A stretch of 56,069 bases of DNA from Candidatus Babelota bacterium. Its GTDB lineage: Bacteria; Babelota; Babeliae; Babelales; Vermiphilaceae. The notes under the pieces were generated by a model, which saw nothing but the letters and a program-made list of their open reading frames with translations, was not told the DNA's origin and did not search any database. The stretch covers positions 1 through 56,069 of the forward strand of contig JAPLIR010000017.1 in the NCBI GenBank assembly GCA_026389015.1, in the 5' to 3' direction. This document shows, piece after piece, positions 47,407 through 56,069 of this stretch. The translations under genes were made by a program, and so were the position numbers. Position 1 is the stretch's first letter. Each line of letters starts with the position of its first letter.

Positions 47407-50169
47407 TTATGAACCAAACTTCCATCGCATTTCAACTTCACCACCCACGTCACGCCGCTCGTTTCGAATGCCACGTATACTCACATCGTCAGACAACAAA
47501 TACTCAACCTCAAAACGTGTATCCTCTGAAAGACTAAAATTTTGCTGCGCTACCGCACGTAAACGATCGTTAATATCAATTTCAACAGCCCCCCGCAATC
47601 CGCCACGACCTGTTTGATCGCTAAAACTGGGCACCAAATGGATGTTACTGAGTGGCTTCAACCAACTTTGAAAAAAGCTATTCAATCGCGATGGTGATTG
47701 CTCAGAATCAAAAAACACGGTTTTTAAATTTTGCATGACCAACGCCGGCATAACAATGCTCAGCGATTCTTCTTGTGAGCCAACCAACAACAACGCAATA
47801 ATTTGTTCTTCCGTAAGGGATGGCGTTGACTCCAATGCAATGTCGTGGTTGAGCAATGAGCCATTGACATGCAACGATACATTAAATTTTTTAATCTTAT
47901 TTTTTGCGACAAGCTCTATTATTGGGTCATTGATTTGGTCGGGTAGTAAATAAATATGACCCTTTGTTATAGTCAGTGGCTTATACGGGAATGCTAAGGT
48001 GCCAGAAAGAATTTCCACCGACCCAGAAACTTTTGGATCGATAACGGTGTTGCCCACATGCACGGTTGCTTTTGCTTGTGCTTGAAAAAATGCTGTATCG
48101 ACACGAATTGGATTTCTTGTTTCTATCGTTACATCACACGCCATATCAAAACCTTTTGCTTCAAACATGCCACTCGTGAAAGCAAGCACACTTTTTTGCA
48201 ATGCATCAGAAAAAATATTTTCTTTAAGCTGCGAGCGATCAATAATCAATCGTCCTGTTAATGCAGACTTGGCTTTGGCGTCATACAACATAGTCATGCC
48301 GCCAGAAACTACCGCAAATAAATCCTTCTTGAGATTCAACAAACATGAGTCAAGCATTAAAGGAAGGTACGCATACGTCAGATTGTACGCATCATCAAAT
48401 AACGCAACGGCCCTTTCTACTGTAGCGTTACCACGATGCAACGTGCTATGCACATGATGCGCCACTACTTTTTTTTTATCAAAATCAACCGTCATGTCTA
48501 CATCAAAGCCATCGATAAAATTATATGTTTCAGGCAGACGAATGGTGCCTTGCGCCAACTGACCTTTCAAATGCATGAGGTTATCGGCTAATGAACCCTT
48601 AAGATTGAGTATCCCTTCTCCTTGAAGATTGTACGACAAAAATTGTTTGACCAATAAACGCAACAATTCAAAACTAATAGGGCCCTGGAAGTTATTGTGG
48701 TCATCTTTATCGGTAGTAAGATCAATGAGCGCATTGCCACTGCTATCTTTATAGCTTAATCGCTGCAAGCGCAACGTTGGCTGAAGTACTAAGGCGAGCT
48801 CATACACATTGCGATTCAAATGCCCCACAAGAGCTAACAAATCATTTTTGAGCGCCAATGTTCCGCGCAATTCAACCTGAGCATCAAGAAGAGCACTCTG
48901 CGCAATACCGCGATATGATCCCGTGATAGTCCGATGCTCATCCAGATCAAATCGCACATTCATGGCATGCTCTGCAAGTGACCATAAGGGAAAATCTGGA
49001 ACGCTTACAGCGCCAGCATTACTCAGAATGCAATGTCCTTTGCTTTGAGGTATATCCCACTGCCAAGAACCTTCAAGAGCACCCAATAATTGGTGCTGCG
49101 CTGACAAGGTGCCTTTTAATATAGTGTCCTCTTTCTTAAACGCAATCATGCTTGTATCGCATAGTGCACGAGCATTATAAGTGAGAGGGCCACTGGTTGA
49201 TTGTCCCGACAAATCAAAGCGGTCTGCAGAAAATAAACCTTGTAACGCAACTTCACACGAACCATCCAATGGCAGAGAGCCTAATGAAGCGTCAATCACA
49301 TCAAGCAGATAACGTGCCGGCATGCGTGCGTGTGCATCAAGATGTATGCCATTATCGTAACGCACCTTAATTGCATCAGCATCAAATAATTGATCGGCAC
49401 TTTTGAGAGTAAATAATCCTTGCCCATTATTCCATGCACCATTCAAAAAACAGGTTTTTTTATTCATGGTAAGTTGCTCGAGCTCAGTTTTACCGTCAAA
49501 GGTGAGGTGTGTTTGTAAGCCCGTTGGATGACTTGAAATATCAAGATGCGCAGCACCACTGAGCTTGCTTATCATCGTGCGTTCATACAACGTAAGAGCA
49601 CCATCGTGCAGATGTATATTTGTTTTAAATATTCCATTCATATTTTTAGATTCGCTGCTCCAATCAAGATCCATAGCCACATGAATATCAGGATAGCGAG
49701 CGACAAGATGTGCTTTTTCAAAAGTGAGTGATTTTAAAAATACCGGCGCATCTGATGGACCTTCAATCATGCCACGAATGTGCTGCTCGACAACGGCGAT
49801 GCGACCTTGCTCAATAATGGTCTGGCCCTGAAGATCTTTAAGATGCACATGCAAACCAACCATGCCATAAAACAACAGAGTAAACCAAGAACAAGATAAC
49901 GTGAGTGTTTTGGACTCCCAACTCCATGGGGCGGCGTCAGAAAATTGAGCGTTAAAGGACTTGGGATATGCTTTGACCTGCTCTAAAGTCACACTCGGCG
50001 AGAATAGGTTGACGCGCTGCACCTTAAACTCGACAGTGCAATTGCCAATGCTCTCAAGGATTATTGCAACTTTTTGAGCGGCGCGGTCATGCACCCACTG
50101 ATGATTTTGTACAAAAACGACGGTGGCGACAAAGCCAAGCAACACAGCAAAAATAATTTTTTTAATCAT
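47407..50169 (-). CDS. TamB/AsmA-like translocation-and-assembly-module protein (N-terminal signal anchor, C-terminal DUF490-like domain)
   Basis: 920 aa. Single N-terminal TM. Long beta-rich body. C-terminal region ...DRLRAVAQQNFSLSEDTRFEVEYLLSDDVSIRG... typical of the TamB C-terminal domain. Confidence 0.55.
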   Translation of the reverse strand: MIKKIIFAVLLGFVATVVFVQNHQWVHDRAAQKVAIILESIGNCTVEFKVQRVNLFSPSVTLEQVKAYPKSFNAQFSDAAPWSWESKTLTLSCSWFTLLFYGMVGLHVHLKDLQGQTIIEQGRIAVVEQHIRGMIEGPSDAPVFLKSLTFEKAHLVARYPDIHVAMDLDWSSESKNMNGIFKTNIHLHDGALTLYERTMISKLSGAAHLDISSHPTGLQTHLTFDGKTELEQLTMNKKTCFLNGAWNNGQGLFTLKSADQLFDADAIKVRYDNGIHLDAHARMPARYLLDVIDASLGSLPLDGSCEVALQGLFSADRFDLSGQSTSGPLTYNARALCDTSMIAFKKEDTILKGTLSAQHQLLGALEGSWQWDIPQSKGHCILSNAGAVSVPDFPLWSLAEHAMNVRFDLDEHRTITGSYRGIAQSALLDAQVELRGTLALKNDLLALVGHLNRNVYELALVLQPTLRLQRLSYKDSSGNALIDLTTDKDDHNNFQGPISFELLRLLVKQFLSYNLQGEGILNLKGSLADNLMHLKGQLAQGTIRLPETYNFIDGFDVDMTVDFDKKKVVAHHVHSTLHRGNATVERAVALFDDAYNLTYAYLPLMLDSCLLNLKKDLFAVVSGGMTMLYDAKAKSALTGRLIIDRSQLKENIFSDALQKSVLAFTSGMFEAKGFDMACDVTIETRNPIRVDTAFFQAQAKATVHVGNTVIDPKVSGSVEILSGTLAFPYKPLTITKGHIYLLPDQINDPIIELVAKNKIKKFNVSLHVNGSLLNHDIALESTPSLTEEQIIALLLVGSQEESLSIVMPALVMQNLKTVFFDSEQSPSRLNSFFQSWLKPLSNIHLVPSFSDQTGRGGLRGAVEIDINDRLRAVAQQNFSLSEDTRFEVEYLLSDDVSIRGIRNERRDVGGEVEMRWKFGS

Positions 50170-50209
50170 GGACGTTCCCCTTATCCCCTAACCTATAACC
50201 TCACTTTTT

Positions 50210-50713
50210 TTATAGCAATCCCCACTTCTTATCATACCGATATTTTCTCAGGAAAGAAACTTGAGCGACAGAAGAACTTAAGCCATACATAGACTTTTTT
50301 TGCGTATCAACTAAATAGATCGATCCCGGCTGAATAATGCCATTGGGCTTAAAAATAATCTGATCATCTTTGAAGGTGATTGGCGAGGTAATATCACCGC
50401 GGGGGTCTGACGGTGGACCCTTGACCCCCGCTATAAAGCCAAAATCAATAGCATCGGGCAGCCGCTCACAACGCCCATTATAGGTGTATGATTTTGCGGC
50501 TTTATCCACGATGATAACCTGCTTTTTATTGGTCAACATAGCACAACGTTGTGCGTACATGCACATGCCGTATAGTTTATCAACTTCGGCGCGCATGAGT
50601 GCGCCATCGAGAAACCGTACTTGAGTAAAGGTCAACACTGCAATAACGCTCACGATAGCAACGACTACCATCAACTCAATGAGAGTGAACCCTGAGTGCT
50701 TACGCATAACCAA
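50210..50713 (-). CDS. Prepilin-type N-terminal cleavage/methylation domain protein (type IV pilin / T2SS pseudopilin-like)
   Basis: 167 aa. Motif KHSGFTLIELMVVVAIVSVIA (G-F-T-L-I-E class III signal). Start abuts the stop of the upstream ATPase gene. Confidence 0.7.
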   Translation of the reverse strand: MVMRKHSGFTLIELMVVVAIVSVIAVLTFTQVRFLDGALMRAEVDKLYGMCMYAQRCAMLTNKKQVIIVDKAAKSYTYNGRCERLPDAIDFGFIAGVKGPPSDPRGDITSPITFKDDQIIFKPNGIIQPGSIYLVDTQKKSMYGLSSSVAQVSFLRKYRYDKKWGLL

Positions 50714-52429
50714 CTATACCTCAAGAGTCTCCTGCTCAATAGCTGCAACGGACAATACTTCTTCTATAGTAGTGACGCCTGCTTTAATTTTACGTACGCC
50801 ATCTTGAATCAAGAGAATCATGCCTTCAGCAAGTGCTTGCTTGCGCAGCAAAGATGTGTCAGCGCGCTGCATAATAAGCTTTGCTATCTCGGGCGATATC
50901 GTCATAAGTTCAAATATTGCCAAACGACCTCTGTAGCCAGTCTGCAGGCAGTCTTCACAGCCAACAGGCTTATACAACGTAGAGCCTTTAATTTCTTTTT
51001 CTGTCAAGCCGATGCTCAATAACACATCTTTTGATGGCACATAAGCAACCTTACATTTTTCGCACAGTCTACGCACCAGTCGTTGGGCCACAATCAGCAC
51101 CACAGACGATGCGATTAAAAATGGCTCAACGCCCATATCCAGCAAACGAGTAACCGAAGCGGGTGCGTTGTTAGTGTGCAAAGTGCTCAACACCAAATGG
51201 CCTGTTAAAGCTGCTTGAATTGCAATTTGGGCAGTTTCTGAGTCACGGGTTTCACCAATCATCACAATATCAGGATCTTGACGCAAAATAGAACGCAATG
51301 CTGCCGCAAAGGTTAACCCTACTTTTTCTCGTACGGCAACCTGACCAACCCCAGCCATTTGATATTCAACCGGGTCTTCGACCGTCACAATGTTAACGTC
51401 AGGAGTATTGAGCTCACCCAAAATGCAATAGAGTGTTGATGTTTTACCAGAACCAGTTGGACCAGTCACATAAATAATGCCATTGGGTTTTACAATGTTT
51501 TGCATCAACAATGTTAGATCATGCTCACTGAACCCAAGATCCTTGAGTTTGCCAAAGGTTCTTGATTTATCAAGCAGACGCATAACAATACGTTCGCCAA
51601 ACACCGTTGGCAATACCGACACACGAATATCAATCTGCTTGCCCGCAATTTTAAGATCGATTCTACCATCTTGTGGCAATCGTTTTTCGGCAATGTTCAG
51701 ATCGGCGATAATTTTAATACGAGAAATTAAGGCTCCTTGAATTCTTTTTGGTGGTGTCATAACCTGATACATAACGCCATCAATACGATAGCGAACCCGT
51801 AGTTCTTTTTCAAAAGACTCTATATGAATGTCAGATGCGCCACGTTTTGCCGCTTGAAACAAAATATGATTCACCAGCTTAATAATTGGCGCTTCACTGG
51901 CCATCGCCAAAATGTCTTTTTCTTCAATAGACTCAAAATCTACCGCACCAATCTCTTTATCTTCGCCCTCAAGCTCCTCCATCATCTGCTTGGCGCCTTC
52001 AAGAGGATAGTAGCGATTGATAGCGTCTAAAATCACTTTTTCAACCGCCACGGCATAGGGGACATTGCCACCCAACAACAGATTAAGCTCATCGATAGGC
52101 TGAAATTTAAGAGGATTGTTAATCAAAATGGTTATCTGACCATCAATCATCACCGGCATTACGCTGTTGTCCCGTAAAAACTTTAAAGGCACTTTTGCCA
52201 ACAGCTCGAGATCAGCCATTTTGTCAGTAATTTTATCTACATAAGCCACAGAAAAATAAGAAGCCAGCGCTTTTGCTATTGCCTCAGGTTGCACGGCATG
52301 CTTTTCAATCAAACAATGCTCTAAAGTTTCGCCCGCCTTGCCAGGAGTTTGCTGACAATCACGTAATTGCTCTGGGGTAATCACACCCGCTGCCAATAAA
52401 ATTTCGCCTATACCATTTGTAATCATCAT
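50714..52429 (-). CDS. GspE/PilB-family secretion ATPase (T2SS / type IV pilus assembly)
   Basis: 571 aa. N-terminal T2SE_Nter-like domain. Walker A VTGPTGSGKTSTLY, Asp box, Walker B, His box. C-terminal tetracysteine CEKC...CEDC. Confidence 0.85.
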   Translation of the reverse strand: MMITNGIGEILLAAGVITPEQLRDCQQTPGKAGETLEHCLIEKHAVQPEAIAKALASYFSVAYVDKITDKMADLELLAKVPLKFLRDNSVMPVMIDGQITILINNPLKFQPIDELNLLLGGNVPYAVAVEKVILDAINRYYPLEGAKQMMEELEGEDKEIGAVDFESIEEKDILAMASEAPIIKLVNHILFQAAKRGASDIHIESFEKELRVRYRIDGVMYQVMTPPKRIQGALISRIKIIADLNIAEKRLPQDGRIDLKIAGKQIDIRVSVLPTVFGERIVMRLLDKSRTFGKLKDLGFSEHDLTLLMQNIVKPNGIIYVTGPTGSGKTSTLYCILGELNTPDVNIVTVEDPVEYQMAGVGQVAVREKVGLTFAAALRSILRQDPDIVMIGETRDSETAQIAIQAALTGHLVLSTLHTNNAPASVTRLLDMGVEPFLIASSVVLIVAQRLVRRLCEKCKVAYVPSKDVLLSIGLTEKEIKGSTLYKPVGCEDCLQTGYRGRLAIFELMTISPEIAKLIMQRADTSLLRKQALAEGMILLIQDGVRKIKAGVTTIEEVLSVAAIEQETLEV

Positions 52430-52614
52430 AGTCTCCTATGCACTGAGCAATTGTTCCCAAAAGCTCCTTAATGTACCATTAAAAACACCCTCAACATATC
52501 ATAAGTGGTATACAGGGCCTAGAGATACCTTTTCTTTTCACTATAATTATGTATGCTGAAATCTCATAGAAATCACTGTAATTTTACCTTATGATCCTAA
52601 TGTATACCATATGA

Positions 52615-53565
52615 TTGCCAGAGGATGCCATGATAGTAATACAAAACCTTTTTTTAGTTGTCTGTTGCCTAGCATTATCGTACATGGGCACCATTAAATC
52701 TGATGAAATCACCACACAAACTGAAGTAACTTTCGCAGCCGTAGAGCCCAAAGATACCGTGCAACAAACCCCAAAAGCTGTAGAACAAAAGGTACACGAT
52801 CCAATAAAATTAACACAATCTGATAAACGAAAACGAAAAAGCTCTACAAAAAAAGCAAAGCGCCACACCTTCCGCGATATGACGTATGAAGAATTGGCTA
52901 CCACTAAAGATCGCAAGGTTAAAGAAGGTGATCTTGAGTTGGCAATTAAATATGCAGAAAAGATGGTGCCTATGTGCAAAGATATGCACGAACTCAAGGA
53001 TTTGATTCTTGAACTCGCCAATCTTTTATTCAAGGCAGGTGAATTTGAAAAATCAGGAAAACTATACAATGAATTTATAGCGCTCTATCCGGGCAATGAA
53101 CACATTGAACGAGCTTATTACCAAGCTATATTATGCACATCACAAGGCGTACTCGACGCTGTGCGCGACCAATCAAAAACCAAAGAAACCCTAGAGTTAA
53201 CCAAAAAATTCTTAGAGCGCGGTGATATTTTCACCACCTATAAGGCACACGTGGAAACCATCCAGAAGCAATATTACCAACGCCTGGCCGAAAGCGAAAT
53301 TAACATAGCCACCTTTTACAGCAATCGCGGTAGCTTTAAAGCAGCACAACACCGCATGAACAACATAAGAAAAGAATATGCCGATAAGTTACCTGACCTT
53401 GAACCGCAACTTCTTGCGCTCGAAATCACCTTCGCACAGACGCAAGGCAATAAAGATCTTATTGCACAAAAAGTGAACGAATTACAGGAAAAATTCCCTA
53501 CCTATAGCGCCACCATTGCGTTGGCACAAGCTCCTCAAGCAAAGAGCTTTATCCAAAAGTTTTAA
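52615..53565 (+). CDS. TPR-like helical repeat protein, possibly BamD-like outer-membrane assembly lipoprotein
   Basis: 316 aa. N-terminal hydrophobic signal (Cys-containing LVVCCLALS). All-helical repeats with Y/A/L periodicity. Assignment tentative. Confidence 0.35.
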   Translation: MPEDAMIVIQNLFLVVCCLALSYMGTIKSDEITTQTEVTFAAVEPKDTVQQTPKAVEQKVHDPIKLTQSDKRKRKSSTKKAKRHTFRDMTYEELATTKDRKVKEGDLELAIKYAEKMVPMCKDMHELKDLILELANLLFKAGEFEKSGKLYNEFIALYPGNEHIERAYYQAILCTSQGVLDAVRDQSKTKETLELTKKFLERGDIFTTYKAHVETIQKQYYQRLAESEINIATFYSNRGSFKAAQHRMNNIRKEYADKLPDLEPQLLALEITFAQTQGNKDLIAQKVNELQEKFPTYSATIALAQAPQAKSFIQKF

Positions 53566-53934
53566 GTGAGCGCAATGCACAAAAACACACAGCTTGGGTC
53601 TCAAGCCGAAGAATTGGTAGCTCTGCAACTCACCAAAAAAGGGTTTGCCATCATGGAGCTCAACTATAAACAAAAATTTGGCGAGATAGACGTTATCGCC
53701 CGCAAAGATTCACTGCTTATTTTTGTTGAAGTCAAAATGAGAACAAATAATCATTTTGACCTTGCGGAAGTTATTACTCACTCAAAACAACAAAAAATTA
53801 TACGAACCGCATCCCACTATCTTGCATATAATAAGTATGAAGATAGCGAATGTCGCTTTGATGTGGCACTTGTCCAGTTAGAAAATAATATGCCACAGAT
53901 CACCTACATCCCCAACGCATTCGAGAAAGAATGA
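53566..53934 (+). CDS. yraN: YraN-family endonuclease-like protein (UPF0102)
   Basis: 122 aa. GEIDVIARKDSLLIFVEVKMR...RFDVALV pattern of UPF0102. Confidence 0.65.
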   Translation: MSAMHKNTQLGSQAEELVALQLTKKGFAIMELNYKQKFGEIDVIARKDSLLIFVEVKMRTNNHFDLAEVITHSKQQKIIRTASHYLAYNKYEDSECRFDVALVQLENNMPQITYIPNAFEKE

Positions 53935-54599
53935 AGCATCTAAAGCAAATGACCCAGAGAATTATAACCGGTACTATTCTTGCTTTTCTTTTTTGGGTTA
54001 TTTTTTTCAAACTACCGGTGATTTGTTTTTCGCTCATACTCGGATGTATTTTGGCAGTTATTCTTATCGTTGAATGGCCACGCTTGCTCAACATAAAACA
54101 AGCACCATTTTGGCTTCTTATGCCATTGTATCCTATAATGCCGTTTGTCTGCATGATTCTCATGAACCAAGATAAACTCTATCACGAACTTTTATTCTTT
54201 TTATTCATCATCGTACCAATTCACGACACTGGATCCTATTTTGCAGGGTCTTGGTTTGGCAAACACAAAATTGCACCCACAATCAGTCCCGGCAAGACGT
54301 GGGAAGGATTTTTTGGTGGATTGCTCATCACCTACTGCAATGTTTTCCTCATTCTCTGGTATCTTGGCCACACCACGAATCCACCATTCATTATAATCTT
54401 TACCTTTATCATTTGTGCTCTTAGTTTATGCGGCGATTTGTTTGAATCGTGGCTTAAAAGACGCGCACACATTAAAGACTCCGGCACACTTCTTCCTGGC
54501 CACGGCGGACTACTCGATCGCTTTGATGGCATCATGTTTGGCGCACTATTTTTCTTCCTAACAAAAGATTATCTGCTCATCGCATTTGGCATACGATAA
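53931..54599 (+). CDS. cdsA: Phosphatidate cytidylyltransferase (CDP-diglyceride synthase)
   Basis: 222 aa. Multi-TM. Signature SPGKTWEGFFGG and C-terminal GHGGLLDRFDG. Confidence 0.75.
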   Translation: MKHLKQMTQRIITGTILAFLFWVIFFKLPVICFSLILGCILAVILIVEWPRLLNIKQAPFWLLMPLYPIMPFVCMILMNQDKLYHELLFFLFIIVPIHDTGSYFAGSWFGKHKIAPTISPGKTWEGFFGGLLITYCNVFLILWYLGHTTNPPFIIIFTFIICALSLCGDLFESWLKRRAHIKDSGTLLPGHGGLLDRFDGIMFGALFFFLTKDYLLIAFGIR

Positions 54600-54679
54600 T
54601 AATAAAAATATTGCGTATTATTACGCAGAAGATGCATGATGGCTTCTAAAGTAATATTTTTAAAGAAAATAGGAAGATT

Positions 54680-56069
54680 ATGAAGCCAACGTTCTCCCTC
54701 AAAGATCAAATACTATCTCCACTCATATTTTCAGCGCTACTATTTCTACCACAACTAACCTCTGCTATGATGCAGCCAGACGAATATCAAATCCAGCTTA
54801 ACACCTTTGCCAAATCATTTAATGATGCCACTGATGCCTTACAAAAAAACAATCTGCCCATTACGCAGCAAAATATAGACCAAGCAACTACCGCATTAAA
54901 TACTATAAAAACAAACTATCCCCTTGATAAAAAATACGATATATTGCGTCAAAAAATTGCCACAGTAAAGGCTACCATTCAAAATAAATCAGTAACCATA
55001 ACCAACACCTTTGTAGACACTCAAACTAAAGCACTAGATCAATTAAAATCATCGCTTGCAGCAAAACAAGCGGCGCAACCAAAGGCAGCCGCCGCGGTCC
55101 CGGCGACCCCCTCACCAGCAGCCACCTCAGCTCCAGCCACAGTACCAACCCCCGCTCCAGCCTCAGTAGCCGCCCCAACACCAGCAACAAAAACTCAAAC
55201 CGTAACACAGCCCACACAAAGCACAGTCGATACAACAAAAGCTCAAGCTGACTCAAATGCTGCAATTAAAAAAGCACAGGATGATCTTGCTGCCGCCAAT
55301 GCACAAACAAAACAAGCGCAAGATACCGCAGCAAAACTACAAGCTGATCTGGCCACTGCCAATACGCAAGCAAAACAAGCGCAAGATGCCGCAAGTAAAT
55401 TACAGGCTGATCTCACCGCTGCCAATGCACAACTAAAACAAGCGCAAGACGCCGCAACAAAAGCTCAAGCTGATTCAGATGCCCCAATTAAAAAAGCACA
55501 GGATGACCTTGCTGCCGCCAATGCACAAACAAAACAAGCGCAAGATACCGCAGCCAAACGACAAGTTGATCTGGCCACTGCCAATACGCAAGCAAAACAA
55601 GCGCAAGACGCCGCAAGTAAATTACAGGCTGATCTCACCGCTGCCAATGCACAAGCAAAACAAACCCAAGATACTGCAGCAAAACTACAAGCTGATCTGG
55701 TCACTGCCAATACGCAACTACAAAAAACTCAAGATACAACAACAAAGGCTCAAGCTGACTCAAATGCTGCAATTAAAAAAGCACAGGATGACCTTGCTGC
55801 CGCCAATGCACAAGCAAAACAAGCGCAAGATACTGCAGCAAACGCTCAAGCTGACTCAAACACTGCGATTAAAAAAGCACAGGACGACCTTGCTACCGCC
55901 AATGCACAAGTCGCTTCACAAACTCAAACCGCACAAAAAGCTCAAGCCGACCTTGCTGCTGCCAATACACAACTAAAACAAGCGCAAGATACGGCAAACA
56001 AGGCGCAAGATGATCTTGCAAACTCTAATACAGGATTAAAACAGGCCCAAGATGTGGCAACAAAAGCTC
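54680..56069 (+). CDS. Partial (3'-truncated by window end) secreted coiled-coil repeat protein with tandem about 21-aa AQD-A-KLQADL-ANAQ-KQ repeats
   Basis: ATG at 54680 with RBS aggaag. Signal peptide. Pro/Ala/Thr linker, then more than 12 near-identical heptad-compatible repeats. Frame open to the end of the window. Confidence 0.6.
   Translation, partial: MKPTFSLKDQILSPLIFSALLFLPQLTSAMMQPDEYQIQLNTFAKSFNDATDALQKNNLPITQQNIDQATTALNTIKTNYPLDKKYDILRQKIATVKATIQNKSVTITNTFVDTQTKALDQLKSSLAAKQAAQPKAAAAVPATPSPAATSAPATVPTPAPASVAAPTPATKTQTVTQPTQSTVDTTKAQADSNAAIKKAQDDLAAANAQTKQAQDTAAKLQADLATANTQAKQAQDAASKLQADLTAANAQLKQAQDAATKAQADSDAPIKKAQDDLAAANAQTKQAQDTAAKRQVDLATANTQAKQAQDAASKLQADLTAANAQAKQTQDTAAKLQADLVTANTQLQKTQDTTTKAQADSNAAIKKAQDDLAAANAQAKQAQDTAANAQADSNTAIKKAQDDLATANAQVASQTQTAQKAQADLAAANTQLKQAQDTANKAQDDLANSNTGLKQAQDVATKA
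55231..56069. repeat. Hierarchical tandem DNA repeats (about 63-nt subunits within about 210-nt near-identical units) inside the coiled-coil protein gene
   Basis: Example: 55231-55290 vs 55444-55500 differ at only a few positions. Confidence 0.7.

Noticed and set aside
47145-47537. 130-aa plus-strand ORF
   Set aside because: It overlaps the 3' end of the TamB-like gene and the GC-rich spacer. It has an odd composition and no RBS. The region is better explained as a structured or non-coding element.
55026-55976. ORFs 55026..55265(-), 55243..55425(-), 55465..55710(-) and 55479..55976(+)
   Set aside because: Antisense or alternative-frame artefacts of the 63/210-nt tandem repeats inside the coiled-coil protein gene. 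The products are repetitive Ala/Cys or Lys/Gln strings.
1-56069. CRISPR arrays, transposases, integrases, toxin-antitoxin pairs
   Set aside because: No regularly spaced short direct repeats and no recognisable IS, integrase or TA proteins were detected by reading all six frames.

Overview
AT-rich, gene-dense bacterial chromosome segment (about 56 kb) from a Gram-negative-type organism. Outer-membrane beta-barrels, a TamB-like protein, a BamD-like lipoprotein and T2SS/T4P components are present. The many signal-peptide proteins and lineage-specific paralog families fit a host-associated or intracellular lifestyle, but that is inference only. Recognisable housekeeping content: a pgi-zwf-gnd oxidative pentose-phosphate operon with a convergent glucokinase; class I ribonucleotide reductase nrdA-nrdB flanked by four secreted thioredoxin-like genes; a flotillin/NfeD pair; a DEAD-box helicase; Dps; MgtE; RluD; CdsA; YraN; a GspE/PilB ATPase-pseudopilin-TamB-PLD gene string; tRNA-Glu and tRNA-Lys. 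Atypical content: a lone phage-type ERF recombinase, a collagen-like (G-X-Y) protein on a GC-rich island, and a terminal coiled-coil repeat protein with near-identical 210-bp DNA repeats. The most striking feature is a diverged inverted segmental duplication at 27.3-30.6 kb and 38.6-41.8 kb. Each copy carries a small HTH-like gene divergently transcribed from a cassette of four to five secreted Gly/Ala-zipper proteins (families C, D, A, B; the A-B pair is translationally coupled). The two copies bracket about 8 kb encoding two M48-like metalloproteases, an 8-strand-type OMP, three different beta-propeller proteins and a glycosyltransferase-like protein. No CRISPR array, integrase or transposase was found.
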